Source: a bacterium BMS3Abin04 (GTDB taxonomy: Bacteria; Bacteroidota; Ignavibacteria; Ignavibacteriales; Melioribacteraceae). From it: 41,566 bases of DNA. How positions within the stretch are numbered: the first letter of the stretch is position 1; each line of letters begins with the position of its first letter. Below the pieces are notes generated by a model. It had not been told where the DNA came from. It searched no databases and saw nothing but the letters and a program-made list of their open reading frames with translations. Below are positions 18,013 to 26,891 of the stretch, piece by piece. Both the position numbers and the translations under genes were made by a program. Location: the NCBI GenBank assembly GCA_002898175.1, contig BDSW01000099.1, positions 1-41,566 of the forward strand, written 5' to 3'.

Positions 18013-18570
18013 ATGAAAAAGATAATAATTATACTGCTGTTTATTCCAGTATTTATTTCAGCACAGCATTTTAAACTCGGCTTCGATACCGAATTAAGCT
18101 ATGTTAGGGTAGGAAGTAATGGCGAAACTTTCGGTATAACCTCGGATACTTTTATACCTGTAACTTTTAACATAATATTTTCTTATCAATTTAACAGATA
18201 TTTTTCATTACAAACTAAATTGGGAGAAACACAATTATGCACAACATTCAGTGGTTTTGAAGTTGGGTTTGACGGTTTATATCATTTCCAAAAGAAATTT
18301 TATGGTTCTCTTGGTTTGTTATTCCATTCTAATGAGGCGATGAACCCTTCTATGCCACATGGGGATATATTTACCAAACTATATTTAATTTCTTTAGGCT
18401 TAGGTTATATTGTCAGTAAACATTTTACTCTAGGAGTGAGTTCTTTCCTACCCCTATCTGAGAAAACTATTTACTATATAGAAAATTTTGACAGAAATAT
18501 CCCATACTCCACAAATGTCGTTATTAAATATATGCTCAGGCTGAATTTTGTGTTTTCATGGGATTTGTGA
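18013..18570 (+). CDS. Small outer-membrane beta-barrel protein, paralogue 2 of 3
   Basis: Same architecture as paralogue 1. It shares AQHFKLGFDTELSY with paralogue 1, the signal peptide with paralogue 3, and the C-terminal YMLRLNFVFSWDL. Confidence 0.7.
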   Translation: MKKIIIILLFIPVFISAQHFKLGFDTELSYVRVGSNGETFGITSDTFIPVTFNIIFSYQFNRYFSLQTKLGETQLCTTFSGFEVGFDGLYHFQKKFYGSLGLLFHSNEAMNPSMPHGDIFTKLYLISLGLGYIVSKHFTLGVSSFLPLSEKTIYYIENFDRNIPYSTNVVIKYMLRLNFVFSWDL

Positions 18571-18698
18571 GTAAATATTAAATATGGTTGGAAAAAAGGT
18601 TTATGTCTATGGAAATAGAGAGTTTTAAAATATCTTAACTTTATTGATCCACAAGTAAAGGGAGTTAACATTCTTTTTTTCAATATGAGTGTAGTAAA

Positions 18699-19259
18699 AT
18701 GAAAAAGATAATATTTATACTGCTGTTTATTCCGGTATTTATTTCAGCTCAAAATTTCAGCTATGGTTTTGATGCCGAAGTAAATTATATAAGAGTCAAT
18801 AACGGTAGCAATTCAAATGTTTTACCTTATGAAACTTTGCTGCCGGTTACACTTAATATAATTTTCAGTTATAATATGAATAATAGATTCTCTTTACGCA
18901 CACGAGCCGGGCAGACAATTTTTAGTTCTGAATTCACCGGATTTGAATTTGGGTTTGACGGGGTTTATAAATTAAATAAAGAATTTTATTTTTCTGCCGG
19001 TATTTTACACCATTCCAACATAGGAAACGGTGATAGTTCAATACATGACCGGGATACTTACACAGCGCTATATATGCTGAATGCAAGATTTGGTTACAAT
19101 ATTTTTAATAATTTTGCTTTGGAAGTCGGTTATTACTACCCTTTGAAAAAAACAACTATTGTTTCTTATAATAGTGATATTCCTTTAAAAGCATATTATC
19201 TCCTGTATAATTTTGCTTATATGCTTAGGCTGAATTTTGTGTTTAATTGGCCTATATAA
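18699..19259 (+). CDS. Small outer-membrane beta-barrel protein, paralogue 3 of 3
   Basis: Same architecture as paralogues 1 and 2. C-terminal YMLRLNFVFNWPI. Confidence 0.7.
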   Translation: MKKIIFILLFIPVFISAQNFSYGFDAEVNYIRVNNGSNSNVLPYETLLPVTLNIIFSYNMNNRFSLRTRAGQTIFSSEFTGFEFGFDGVYKLNKEFYFSAGILHHSNIGNGDSSIHDRDTYTALYMLNARFGYNIFNNFALEVGYYYPLKKTTIVSYNSDIPLKAYYLLYNFAYMLRLNFVFNWPI

Positions 19260-19540
19260 AAGAAATAAATGGGATAATATTGGTTTAAAACAAATAATTT
19301 AAAATTCTGATCCGACACGTGAAAGATGTTCATCTGCGATCTATATTTTTTCAACGTTTCAATATTTCCTTCTCCTTGTAATATAGCTTAACTTGTTTGC
19401 TTACAATCTGTGAAAATCAATGCCTTCAGTGTTTTCTGTGTTCTATTTCTTTGCTGTCGAATTAAGACAAAGTATTTATTCTATTTATTTACTATTTTAT
19501 AAACATGAATAGTAAGTGAATAAATTAGAGGAGCCGAAAT

Positions 19541-20578
19541 ATGCAAAAACCACAAAAACTTTTTATACCAGCCTTTGCCGCACTGCTATTAGCATTGACT
19601 GCATTTCAAACTTTTGCCCAAGTTGATAAACAATCAAAATGTGACTATCTGAACTTCAAAACTCCGGGAGATTATCAAGCGGGTGGTGTTCAGATGATAA
19701 AGTTAAAGGAAGGTTATAAAGTATGGACAAAACGTTTCGGTAAAAGTCCGATTAAAGTTTTGCTGCTGCACGGCGGACCTGCAATGACACACGAGTATAT
19801 GGAATGTTTCGAAAGTTTTTTCCCTAAAGCCGGAATTGAGTTTTACGAATATGATCAATTAGGTTCTTATTATTCGGATCAACCGGACAACGACAGTCTT
19901 TGGGTGCTCGATCGTTTTGTGGATGAAGTTGAACAAGTCCGGAAAGCATTAGGATTGAACAAAGATAATTTTTATTTGCTTGGTAATTCGTGGGGCGGTT
20001 TACTGGCAATGGAATATGCTGCAAAATATCAGCAGAATCTTAAAGGTTTAATTATTTGCAATATGGTTTCCAGTTTTGATAAGTATGTAGTTTATAATAC
20101 AAAACTGCGTAACCAATTACGTCCTTCGCTTCTTGATTCGTTTAAAGTGTTTGAAGAAAAAGGGGATTTCCAAAATCCGGTTTATCAAGAATTAGTATTT
20201 AAAGAATATTACCATCGGCATATTTGTCGTTTACCCGAATGGCCGGAACCGGTACTTCGAAGCTTTAAGCATATTAATCAGCATGTTTATGAATTTATGC
20301 AAGGGCCAAGCGAATTTGTACCCGGCGGAAATTTGGAAGGCTGGACAATTACCGATAGATTGAAAAATATAACTGTTCCTACTTTAGCTGTCGGAGCGAA
20401 GTATGATACAATGAATCCCGAAGACATGAAGGAGATTAGTCAGACTGTGCAGAACGGAAGATATTTGTATTGCCCTAATGGAAGTCATTTATCAATGTGG
20501 GACGACCAGGAAGTTTTTATGGACGGTGTAATTAAATTTATCACGGATGTTCAAAACGGAAAATTTCCCGGCAAGTAA
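19541..20578 (+). CDS. Secreted alpha/beta hydrolase, proline iminopeptidase-family
   Basis: Signal peptide. LLLHGGPAMTHEY oxyanion region and GNSWGG nucleophile elbow (GxSxG). C-terminal ..PNGSHLSMWDD with the catalytic His. Confidence 0.8.
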   Translation: MQKPQKLFIPAFAALLLALTAFQTFAQVDKQSKCDYLNFKTPGDYQAGGVQMIKLKEGYKVWTKRFGKSPIKVLLLHGGPAMTHEYMECFESFFPKAGIEFYEYDQLGSYYSDQPDNDSLWVLDRFVDEVEQVRKALGLNKDNFYLLGNSWGGLLAMEYAAKYQQNLKGLIICNMVSSFDKYVVYNTKLRNQLRPSLLDSFKVFEEKGDFQNPVYQELVFKEYYHRHICRLPEWPEPVLRSFKHINQHVYEFMQGPSEFVPGGNLEGWTITDRLKNITVPTLAVGAKYDTMNPEDMKEISQTVQNGRYLYCPNGSHLSMWDDQEVFMDGVIKFITDVQNGKFPGK

Positions 20579-20654
20579 TTTCCGGACTTTCTGTTCCACT
20601 TGTCGTCTAACTTTACAAATGTATTCTAATTAATCAAAAAGAAAGGAAGCGCAA

Positions 20655-21026
20655 ATGGCTAATGTTATAAATTGGTTCGAAATTCCCGTGGCGGATTTTG
20701 ACAGAGCAAAAGAATTTTACTCAAAAGTTATGAATGCAGAATTTCATCAAGTAGCAGAAATGCTTGGTGTAAAAATGGCGTTTTTCCCAATGGAAGGTGA
20801 CGGAGTGGGCGGTTCAATTTGTTCGGGCGAAGGTTATAAACCGTCTGCTGACGGAGCGCTTGTATATTTTAACGGCGGTGAAGATTTAAGCATTCCTTTG
20901 TCACGTGTTGAAGCTGCCGGAGGAAAGATTCTGATGCCGAAAACTAAAATATCCGACGATATTGGATTTATGGCAATATTCTTAGATTCTGAAGGCAATA
21001 AAGTAGCCTTTCATTCGCTAAAGTAA
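20655..21026 (+). CDS. VOC (glyoxalase/bleomycin resistance/dioxygenase) family protein
   Basis: 123 aa. VINWFEIPVADFDRAKEFYSKV at the N-terminus and GNKVAFHS at the C-terminus, a pattern typical of single-domain VOC proteins. Confidence 0.75.
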   Translation: MANVINWFEIPVADFDRAKEFYSKVMNAEFHQVAEMLGVKMAFFPMEGDGVGGSICSGEGYKPSADGALVYFNGGEDLSIPLSRVEAAGGKILMPKTKISDDIGFMAIFLDSEGNKVAFHSLK

Positions 21027-21086
21027 ACAATATTTATTAAGTCCTTTTGTATCAACTTAAAATATTTAATTATTAGGGGAAATGAT

Positions 21087-21758
21087 TTGTCATATTTTTC
21101 TCAGGATTTTATCGAATTTTTCAGCGAATTAGAAAAGAATAATAATCGAGACTGGTTCAATTCAAATAAAAAACGATATGAAAAATCTGTAAAAGAACCG
21201 TTTAATGATTTTATTCAAGATATGATTTTTAGGGTGTATGAAGATGACGACACAATTATGATATCACCTAAAGAAGCTGTTTTTAGAATTTACCGGGATT
21301 TACGATTCAGTAAAGATAAAACTCCGTACAAAACTTATGCATCGGCAGTAATTTCTCCTGGAGGAAGAAAGGATTATACAAATCCAGGTATTTACTTGGA
21401 ATTTGGCGCACAATACATAAGGTTTTACAGCGGGATTTATGAAATGTCAAAGGAGCAAATACAAAATGTAAGAAATCTTATTGCTTCGGATCTTGATGAA
21501 TTTAACATCCTTATAAATGATAAATCTTTCAAGAGAAATTTTGGAGAGATTAGAGGTGAGAAAAACAAAAGACTCCCGACCGAATTTAGAGAAGTGGTAA
21601 AGCTGCAGCCACTAATTGCCAACAAACAGTTTTACTACTATAAAGAAATGGAGCCTAAAAATATTTTGAATAAGGATTTACCTGACAAGTTGATGAAATT
21701 ATATTCCGTAGTAAAACCGTTAAATGAATTTCTAAAATATGCTTTGGTTAATATTTAG
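21087..21758 (+). CDS. DUF2461 (TIGR02453) family protein
   Basis: FFSELEKNNNRDWFNSNKKRYEKSVKEPF and RIYRDLRFSKDKTPYK match the family signature as I recall it. TTG start with AGGGGA 6 nt upstream. Confidence 0.75.
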   Translation: MSYFSQDFIEFFSELEKNNNRDWFNSNKKRYEKSVKEPFNDFIQDMIFRVYEDDDTIMISPKEAVFRIYRDLRFSKDKTPYKTYASAVISPGGRKDYTNPGIYLEFGAQYIRFYSGIYEMSKEQIQNVRNLIASDLDEFNILINDKSFKRNFGEIRGEKNKRLPTEFREVVKLQPLIANKQFYYYKEMEPKNILNKDLPDKLMKLYSVVKPLNEFLKYALVNI

Positions 21759-21897
21759 AATGTATAAGTTTTAATTATATTTTCTCTTTTATCCGTACCT
21801 TTTTACCAAGAGAAATACGGAAATTAATATCCGGTTCTCGGATTATAATCAAGCCAATTACGGCAGATGATACTTTTACCGAGGAACAAAGGATTGT

Positions 21898-23448
21898 CTA
21901 AAATATATTTAACAACAAACGACTAATAGTTTTCCAAAACTCTGCATGTAGAAATCTTACCGGGGAATCATCGGCGAATGTAAAATTATTATTATCCGGA
22001 TCTAAAAATAACGGGTCTTCAAACACGCTGTTTTTACCTTGCCCTGTAATACTTTGGTAAACTTCTACATTCTTAAACTCTCGGTTATTCCAACGAACAA
22101 TATTTCCACCCGATTTATTAAACCAAACATTATAGCCGGCTTTAACTTGATGATTCTTATCATCAACTACAAAAACATCATATTCGGAATCCGAGCGGAC
22201 GGCAATATTATTATATAATTCAATATTCTCAAAATATAATTTGCTTGGAATGTTTGAAGCTGCGGTAATTTGAATTGCATCGTGGAGAGGATTATAAATT
22301 ATGTTCCCGTAAATTTTTACAGTTTTTGACCAATTATAAACTGCTATAGCTACACCGCGCGGGTGTATAATTGTATTGTTGCAAATTTCAACATTTCTAA
22401 CATCACTTTTTATTTCTTCGTCTTCTCTTTCGGCTGTAACCTGAATTCCGTTGCATTCATAATCGTGATTGTCAAAAACGGTGTTGTTTTTAATTACAAT
22501 ATCCCGGATATAATTATCGGGTTGGAAATCGTTTTTAATATCGATATTTGTATGGTAACTGTTGTATACTTTATTAAATTGAATTGTATCTCTCTGTACA
22601 ATAAAATAGCCGTTTGCATGAACATGTATTCCGTGAATCCCGTTTTCGTAAATTTCGTTGTGCATAATCAATCCGTCGGAGCCGTCAAATTCAATTCCTT
22701 CTCCTAAAGACGGTGTGAGTGAATCGATTGGAATTTTCCTCGGCCATTCTCTTAATCCGTTATGATGCGATTTAATATTTTGAATTATCCAATGATGCGT
22801 CTGTCCGCGAACTCCACCCTCGAAGGCATGCCTGAATTCCAAATTTTTAATTTTTATATAACTGCATTCAGCGGAATCTCTTTCTCCGTCGTAAGCTCCC
22901 CATAAACAATACCAATTTATACCTACTCTAATTTCACATTCGGTATTCGGATTTGATTTCGAATAAACATATAATGTTAAACTATTTTTATCCCAGTAAA
23001 AATCGTTTGGTTCGGTTAAATATTTTATTGACGGTCGCCAATGTCCCCAAGATAGTTTATCCGCTTTTCTAATGAATACCGAAACACCTTCCGGATCGGC
23101 TTGCGGAATTTTATGCTTCCAGATTTTTGAATGCTTATTTAATTGTTTCCAATTTTCAGGAACAATTGCTCCGCTGATTACCGGTAATTTGCCTCTTCTG
23201 TAAGCACCGAATGTAATATAGTTGTTTGCAGTCCCGTGAGCCTTCACCATTATTCCGCCCCGGAATATTTCTCCACGTCTAAAAAGTATTTTATCACCCG
23301 GCTTGAAAATATTCATACTGCTATTTAATTCTTCAATTGAAGAAAAGGCTGCGGATGTATCGGTTGCAGAAACCTTGTAAATTTTTTGTGCAACTATATT
23401 TGATATGGAAAATCCGAGAAGTAAAAGGAGAGAAAGGAATTTATTCAT
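21898..23448 (-). CDS. Secreted right-handed parallel beta-helix repeat protein (pectate-lyase fold), function unknown
   Basis: Signal peptide, then repeated ~22-25-aa units rich in N/I/G/H (IHGIHVHANG, IVIKNNTVFDN, VEICNNTIIH, IELYNNIAV). Confidence 0.65.
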   Translation of the reverse strand: MNKFLSLLLLLGFSISNIVAQKIYKVSATDTSAAFSSIEELNSSMNIFKPGDKILFRRGEIFRGGIMVKAHGTANNYITFGAYRRGKLPVISGAIVPENWKQLNKHSKIWKHKIPQADPEGVSVFIRKADKLSWGHWRPSIKYLTEPNDFYWDKNSLTLYVYSKSNPNTECEIRVGINWYCLWGAYDGERDSAECSYIKIKNLEFRHAFEGGVRGQTHHWIIQNIKSHHNGLREWPRKIPIDSLTPSLGEGIEFDGSDGLIMHNEIYENGIHGIHVHANGYFIVQRDTIQFNKVYNSYHTNIDIKNDFQPDNYIRDIVIKNNTVFDNHDYECNGIQVTAEREDEEIKSDVRNVEICNNTIIHPRGVAIAVYNWSKTVKIYGNIIYNPLHDAIQITAASNIPSKLYFENIELYNNIAVRSDSEYDVFVVDDKNHQVKAGYNVWFNKSGGNIVRWNNREFKNVEVYQSITGQGKNSVFEDPLFLDPDNNNFTFADDSPVRFLHAEFWKTISRLLLNIF

Positions 23449-23537
23449 TGGTTAATAAAAATTATTTACAAATTAAGCCTCTGTAAATTACGGAAAAGTT
23501 CTTCTTAATGCACCGAAATGTCATTGCTCGGATTATA

Positions 23538-23568
23538 TAAACCAAGTTCCTTTGAGGAACTTGGTTTA
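23538..23568 (-). terminator. Terminator-like hairpin downstream of glnA
   Basis: TAAACCAAGTTCC / GGAACTTGGTTTA forms a 13-bp perfect stem with a 5-nt loop, 15 nt after the glnA stop. The trailing sequence on the minus strand is U/A-rich (UAUAUAAUC) rather than a clean U tract. Confidence 0.5.
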
Positions 23569-23582
23569 TTTGTAAATGCTAA

Positions 23583-25010
23583 TTAAACATCATAATAAAG
23601 GGAAAATTCGTATGGATGCGGACGCAGCGCCATCGGATTAATTTCCTTATCGATTTTATAGTTAATCCAAGTATTTATTACATCTTCAGTAAAAACATCA
23701 CCCTTAAGCAAGTATTCATGATCATCCGCTAATGCTTTTAATGCCTCGCTAAGAGAACCGGGTGTTGAAGGCACATCTTTTAACTCTTCGGGGTCCATAT
23801 CATATATGTTTTTATCCAACGGATCACCGGGATCAATTCTATTCATTATTCCGTCTAAACCGGCTAACATAATTGCAGAAAATGCTAAGTACGGATTGGC
23901 GGCCGGATCGGGGCATCTGAACTCGACTCTTTTAGCTTTAGGATTTGATGAGAACATTGGAATCCTTAATGCCGCACTTCTATTACTTTGAGAATATGCT
24001 AAGTTTACGGGAGCTTCAAAGCCCGGGACCAATCGTTTATAAGAATTTGTAATTGGATTGGTAAATGCCAATAACGAAGCAGCATGTTTTAAGATTCCGC
24101 CGATGTAATAAAGTGCGGTTTCACTAAGTCCGGCATAACCGCTGCCGGCAAATAAAGGTTTATTCTTTTTCCATAAACTTGAATGCACATGCATTCCGCT
24201 GCCGTTATCATTAAAAATTGGCTTCGGCATATATGTTACTGTCTTTCCGTTTTTCTTTGCCGTATTTTTAACAATATATTTGAACATTAAAAGCTGGTCG
24301 GCAGATTTTAGTAAAGGTTGGAATCTTAAATCGATTTCACATTGCCCGCCGCTTGCGACTTCGTGATGCTGAGCTTCAACCGGAATTCCTACGTCCATTA
24401 AATTCATAACCATTTCGTTTCTAAGATCGTTCAGAGAATCCGTTGGCGGAACAGGGAAATAGCCTTCTTTGTATCTTGGTTTATATCCTAAGTTCGGACC
24501 TTCTTCCGTGCCTGAGTTCCAGCGACCTTCTACCGAATCGACATGATAAAAAGTGCCGTTTGGAGCTGAATCAAATCTTACATCGTCAAAAATAAAAAAC
24601 TCGGCTTCAGGTCCGAAGAAAGCCGTATCGGCTAATCCGGTCGATTTCAAATATGCTTCGGCTTTTTGAGCAATACCTCTTGGGCAGCGGGAATATCTTT
24701 CTTTTGTTGCAGGTTCGTGCACATCGCAAATTAAACTAATTGTTGGTGCGGCAATAAAAGTATCAAAAAACATTGTCGCAGGATCCGGCATAATCAGCAT
24801 ATCGCTTTCGTCAATATTTTTCCATCCTCTAATTGAAGAACCGTCGAATCCGAATCCATCTTTAAAAGATTCTGCGGTTAGCTCGTTAACCGGAACAGTA
24901 AAATGCTGCCACTGACCCGGAAAATCCATGAACTTAAAATCAACAAATTTAATTTTTTTAGTTTTTACATAATTTAATACTTTTTCTACGTCGGATTTTA
25001 CTTTTGCCAT
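23583..25010 (-). CDS. glnA: Glutamine synthetase, type I
   Basis: 475 aa. [37 protein letters not shown] and [26 protein letters not shown] aligns with the adenylylation-site NLYDLP region of E. coli GlnA. Confidence 0.95.
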   Translation of the reverse strand: MAKVKSDVEKVLNYVKTKKIKFVDFKFMDFPGQWQHFTVPVNELTAESFKDGFGFDGSSIRGWKNIDESDMLIMPDPATMFFDTFIAAPTISLICDVHEPATKERYSRCPRGIAQKAEAYLKSTGLADTAFFGPEAEFFIFDDVRFDSAPNGTFYHVDSVEGRWNSGTEEGPNLGYKPRYKEGYFPVPPTDSLNDLRNEMVMNLMDVGIPVEAQHHEVASGGQCEIDLRFQPLLKSADQLLMFKYIVKNTAKKNGKTVTYMPKPIFNDNGSGMHVHSSLWKKNKPLFAGSGYAGLSETALYYIGGILKHAASLLAFTNPITNSYKRLVPGFEAPVNLAYSQSNRSAALRIPMFSSNPKAKRVEFRCPDPAANPYLAFSAIMLAGLDGIMNRIDPGDPLDKNIYDMDPEELKDVPSTPGSLSEALKALADDHEYLLKGDVFTEDVINTWINYKIDKEINPMALRPHPYEFSLYYDV

Positions 25011-25025
25011 TTTTTACTCCATTAG

Positions 25026-25472
25026 TTATATGTTAATTTTTGTTGTTTCCTTAATTGTTGAGAGTACAAAACTTGATAAGGTTCTTCTAACTCCCGGCCA
25101 AGATTGTATTTTGCTTAATAATTTTTCCAAAGCCTCCGTGTTGCTTACCAATATTTTTAATATATGTGAACCTTCTCCAAGTACTGCATGACATTCTAGA
25201 ATTTCGGGTGTTTCTTTCACACGCTCGGAGAGGTCTTTATAATTAATCGATGATTCCATAATTACGGTAATAAAAGCCATTAAATCCAAACCGAAAGCTT
25301 TTCTATTTATTTTAGTGTAATATTTTTCTATTATTCCCCGTTCTTCTAACTTTTTTAATCGTTCACTTAAAGAGGGCAATGAAAGACCAACGGCTTCGGC
25401 AAGAACATTTCTTTTAGTCCGTCCGTTTTCTTGAAGCATATTTAGTATTTTTTTATCTATAGTATCGAGCAT
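25026..25472 (-). CDS. Lrp/AsnC-family transcriptional regulator
   Basis: 148 aa. LDTIDKKILNMLQENGR N-terminal HTH followed by a C-terminal RAM/AsnC_trans_reg domain. 15 nt upstream of glnA, so probably co-transcribed. Confidence 0.9.
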   Translation of the reverse strand: MLDTIDKKILNMLQENGRTKRNVLAEAVGLSLPSLSERLKKLEERGIIEKYYTKINRKAFGLDLMAFITVIMESSINYKDLSERVKETPEILECHAVLGEGSHILKILVSNTEALEKLLSKIQSWPGVRRTLSSFVLSTIKETTKINI

Positions 25473-25650
25473 GATGCCTTAAAAATTTAGTTATATATTA
25501 AAATTTAACTGCAAAAGTAAGGGAAAAATTTAATTATGTCAAATATATTTTTGATAAAATTCATTTTAAGTGATCTAAATCAATGTACGTTAGTTATTAA
25601 GGTGTAACAATTTTTAGACCAATTGTCGGATTAGTTTAGATAATTTTGAG

Positions 25651-25830
25651 AAATACGTAACGGGTAGCGGTTAGGAGTAGTAGCCCGTCGCAAGACCCGA
25701 AGGGTTTGCGAAAGGGATATTGCTTCTAACCAATGTTCGACGCAGTCGCGAAGCGACAAGGAGAACATTGGCGTTAGCCGCTGCCCGTTCGGGCGCAAGA
25801 GCGGAGCGATTGCGTCCGAACTAATCGATA
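25651..25830 (+). ncRNA. Candidate structured RNA of unknown class (three GC-rich hairpins); strand tentative
   Basis: By my count 93 of 160 bases in 25661-25820 are G+C, against 10 of 60 in 25501-25560. Hairpin 1 (25669-25731) has 28 bp capped by GAA. Hairpin 2 (25732-25769) is AATGTTC/GAACATT enclosing GTCGC-GAA-GCGAC. Hairpin 3 (25778-25804) is CCGCT/AGCGG enclosing GCCC-GTTC-GGGC. Three G-U pairs in hairpin 1 favour the + strand. Confidence 0.4.
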
Positions 25831-25862
25831 TACGAAATGACAATAAGATCAGTTGTAAAATC

Positions 25863-26672
25863 CTACTTTTTAATAATTCCAAATTTGGTGAAAGCATTTT
25901 TCTCTTGCTTAACCTTTTTGAAAAGGTCTAGATTTTCTTGCGGTCTGGGAAGAAGTTTATGATAAAGGTGATATTGAACAGCAATATTGTTTAAAGATTT
26001 AATTGTTACACCGTTAAGTTCAAGCCGGAATTGAACATCGGAATCTTCCCCGATTGAAGGAGCTTCGTAACGTTCATCAAACCCATTTATATCTAAGAAA
26101 TCCTTTTTATGTATCGAAAAGTTACAGCCTAACAAACCGCGTTTCTTTTTATTAACAATTTTTCTTAAATAATTGGATTTAAGATAGACTCCCTTTTCAA
26201 CATAAGATGTCTTGCCTAAAATTCCGTCAAGAGAAAGTTGCAGAAAATGATTGTCTAAGTATCCTTCTCTAATTTTATGAGGTGTTAGACGAGAAGTAAG
26301 CTTTAAAGATAAATTTACTCTTCTACCGGTTAATGTCGTTTCGCAGTTTTTATTTTCGAAATGTTCTTTCACAAAATGTTTATGCGGAACGCAGTCACCG
26401 TCGATAAAAATTAAGTAATCGCTGTTAGCAACTTTTATAGCTCTGTTTAATATTTTGTTTTTTCTAAAACCTTTATCTTCATGCCACACATGAATAATAT
26501 CAATAGAAAAATTTGATGCAAACTCTTCAATTTTTGTTACCGTTTCTTGTTTCGAACCGTCATCGGCAATTACGATTTCAAAATTCTGAAAACTCTGTCT
26601 TTCTAAACCTGCCAGTACAAGCTTGAGATACTCAAATTTTTCATAGAAAGATATTATAACCGTAGCTTTCAA
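25863..26672 (-). CDS. Family 2 glycosyltransferase
   Basis: VIISFYEKFEYLKLVLAGLERQSFQNFEIVIADDGS (GT-A N-terminal fold) and the FIDGDC DxD-type motif. 269 aa. Confidence 0.9.
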   Translation of the reverse strand: MKATVIISFYEKFEYLKLVLAGLERQSFQNFEIVIADDGSKQETVTKIEEFASNFSIDIIHVWHEDKGFRKNKILNRAIKVANSDYLIFIDGDCVPHKHFVKEHFENKNCETTLTGRRVNLSLKLTSRLTPHKIREGYLDNHFLQLSLDGILGKTSYVEKGVYLKSNYLRKIVNKKKRGLLGCNFSIHKKDFLDINGFDERYEAPSIGEDSDVQFRLELNGVTIKSLNNIAVQYHLYHKLLPRPQENLDLFKKVKQEKNAFTKFGIIKK

Positions 26673-26891
26673 TTGATGCCGTCATTTTTAAGTTTATAAG
26701 ATATTTAAGTCCACTGAGAATTAATAATAAATTATATCTGAAGTCAAAAATTAAATTACAAAAGAGTAAAAAGAAAGAACAACTAATTATTCTAAAAATA
26801 AAATATTTTTAAGTGTAAAATAATTTTACTTACTTCCGATAATTACTAATGATAACGAGCATAAACCAAATTTTAATTTATTTATAGGAAA

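Noticed and set aside
25641-25648. Matches to the Bacteroidota -7 promoter consensus TAnnTTTG (25641-25648 and 33452-33459) as promoter annotations.
   Set aside because: With this base composition the motif should occur dozens of times by chance in 41 kb on both strands, and no convincing -33 TTTG partner lies at the right spacing. It is mentioned only as weak support, not annotated.
25631-25897. 88-aa ORF on the minus strand covering the GC-rich element.
   Set aside because: The translation is Leu/Ser/Arg-rich low complexity, typical of a chance ORF through GC-rich structured DNA. It overlaps the 3' end of the GT2 gene by 35 nt and has no recognisable motif. I treat the region as non-coding.
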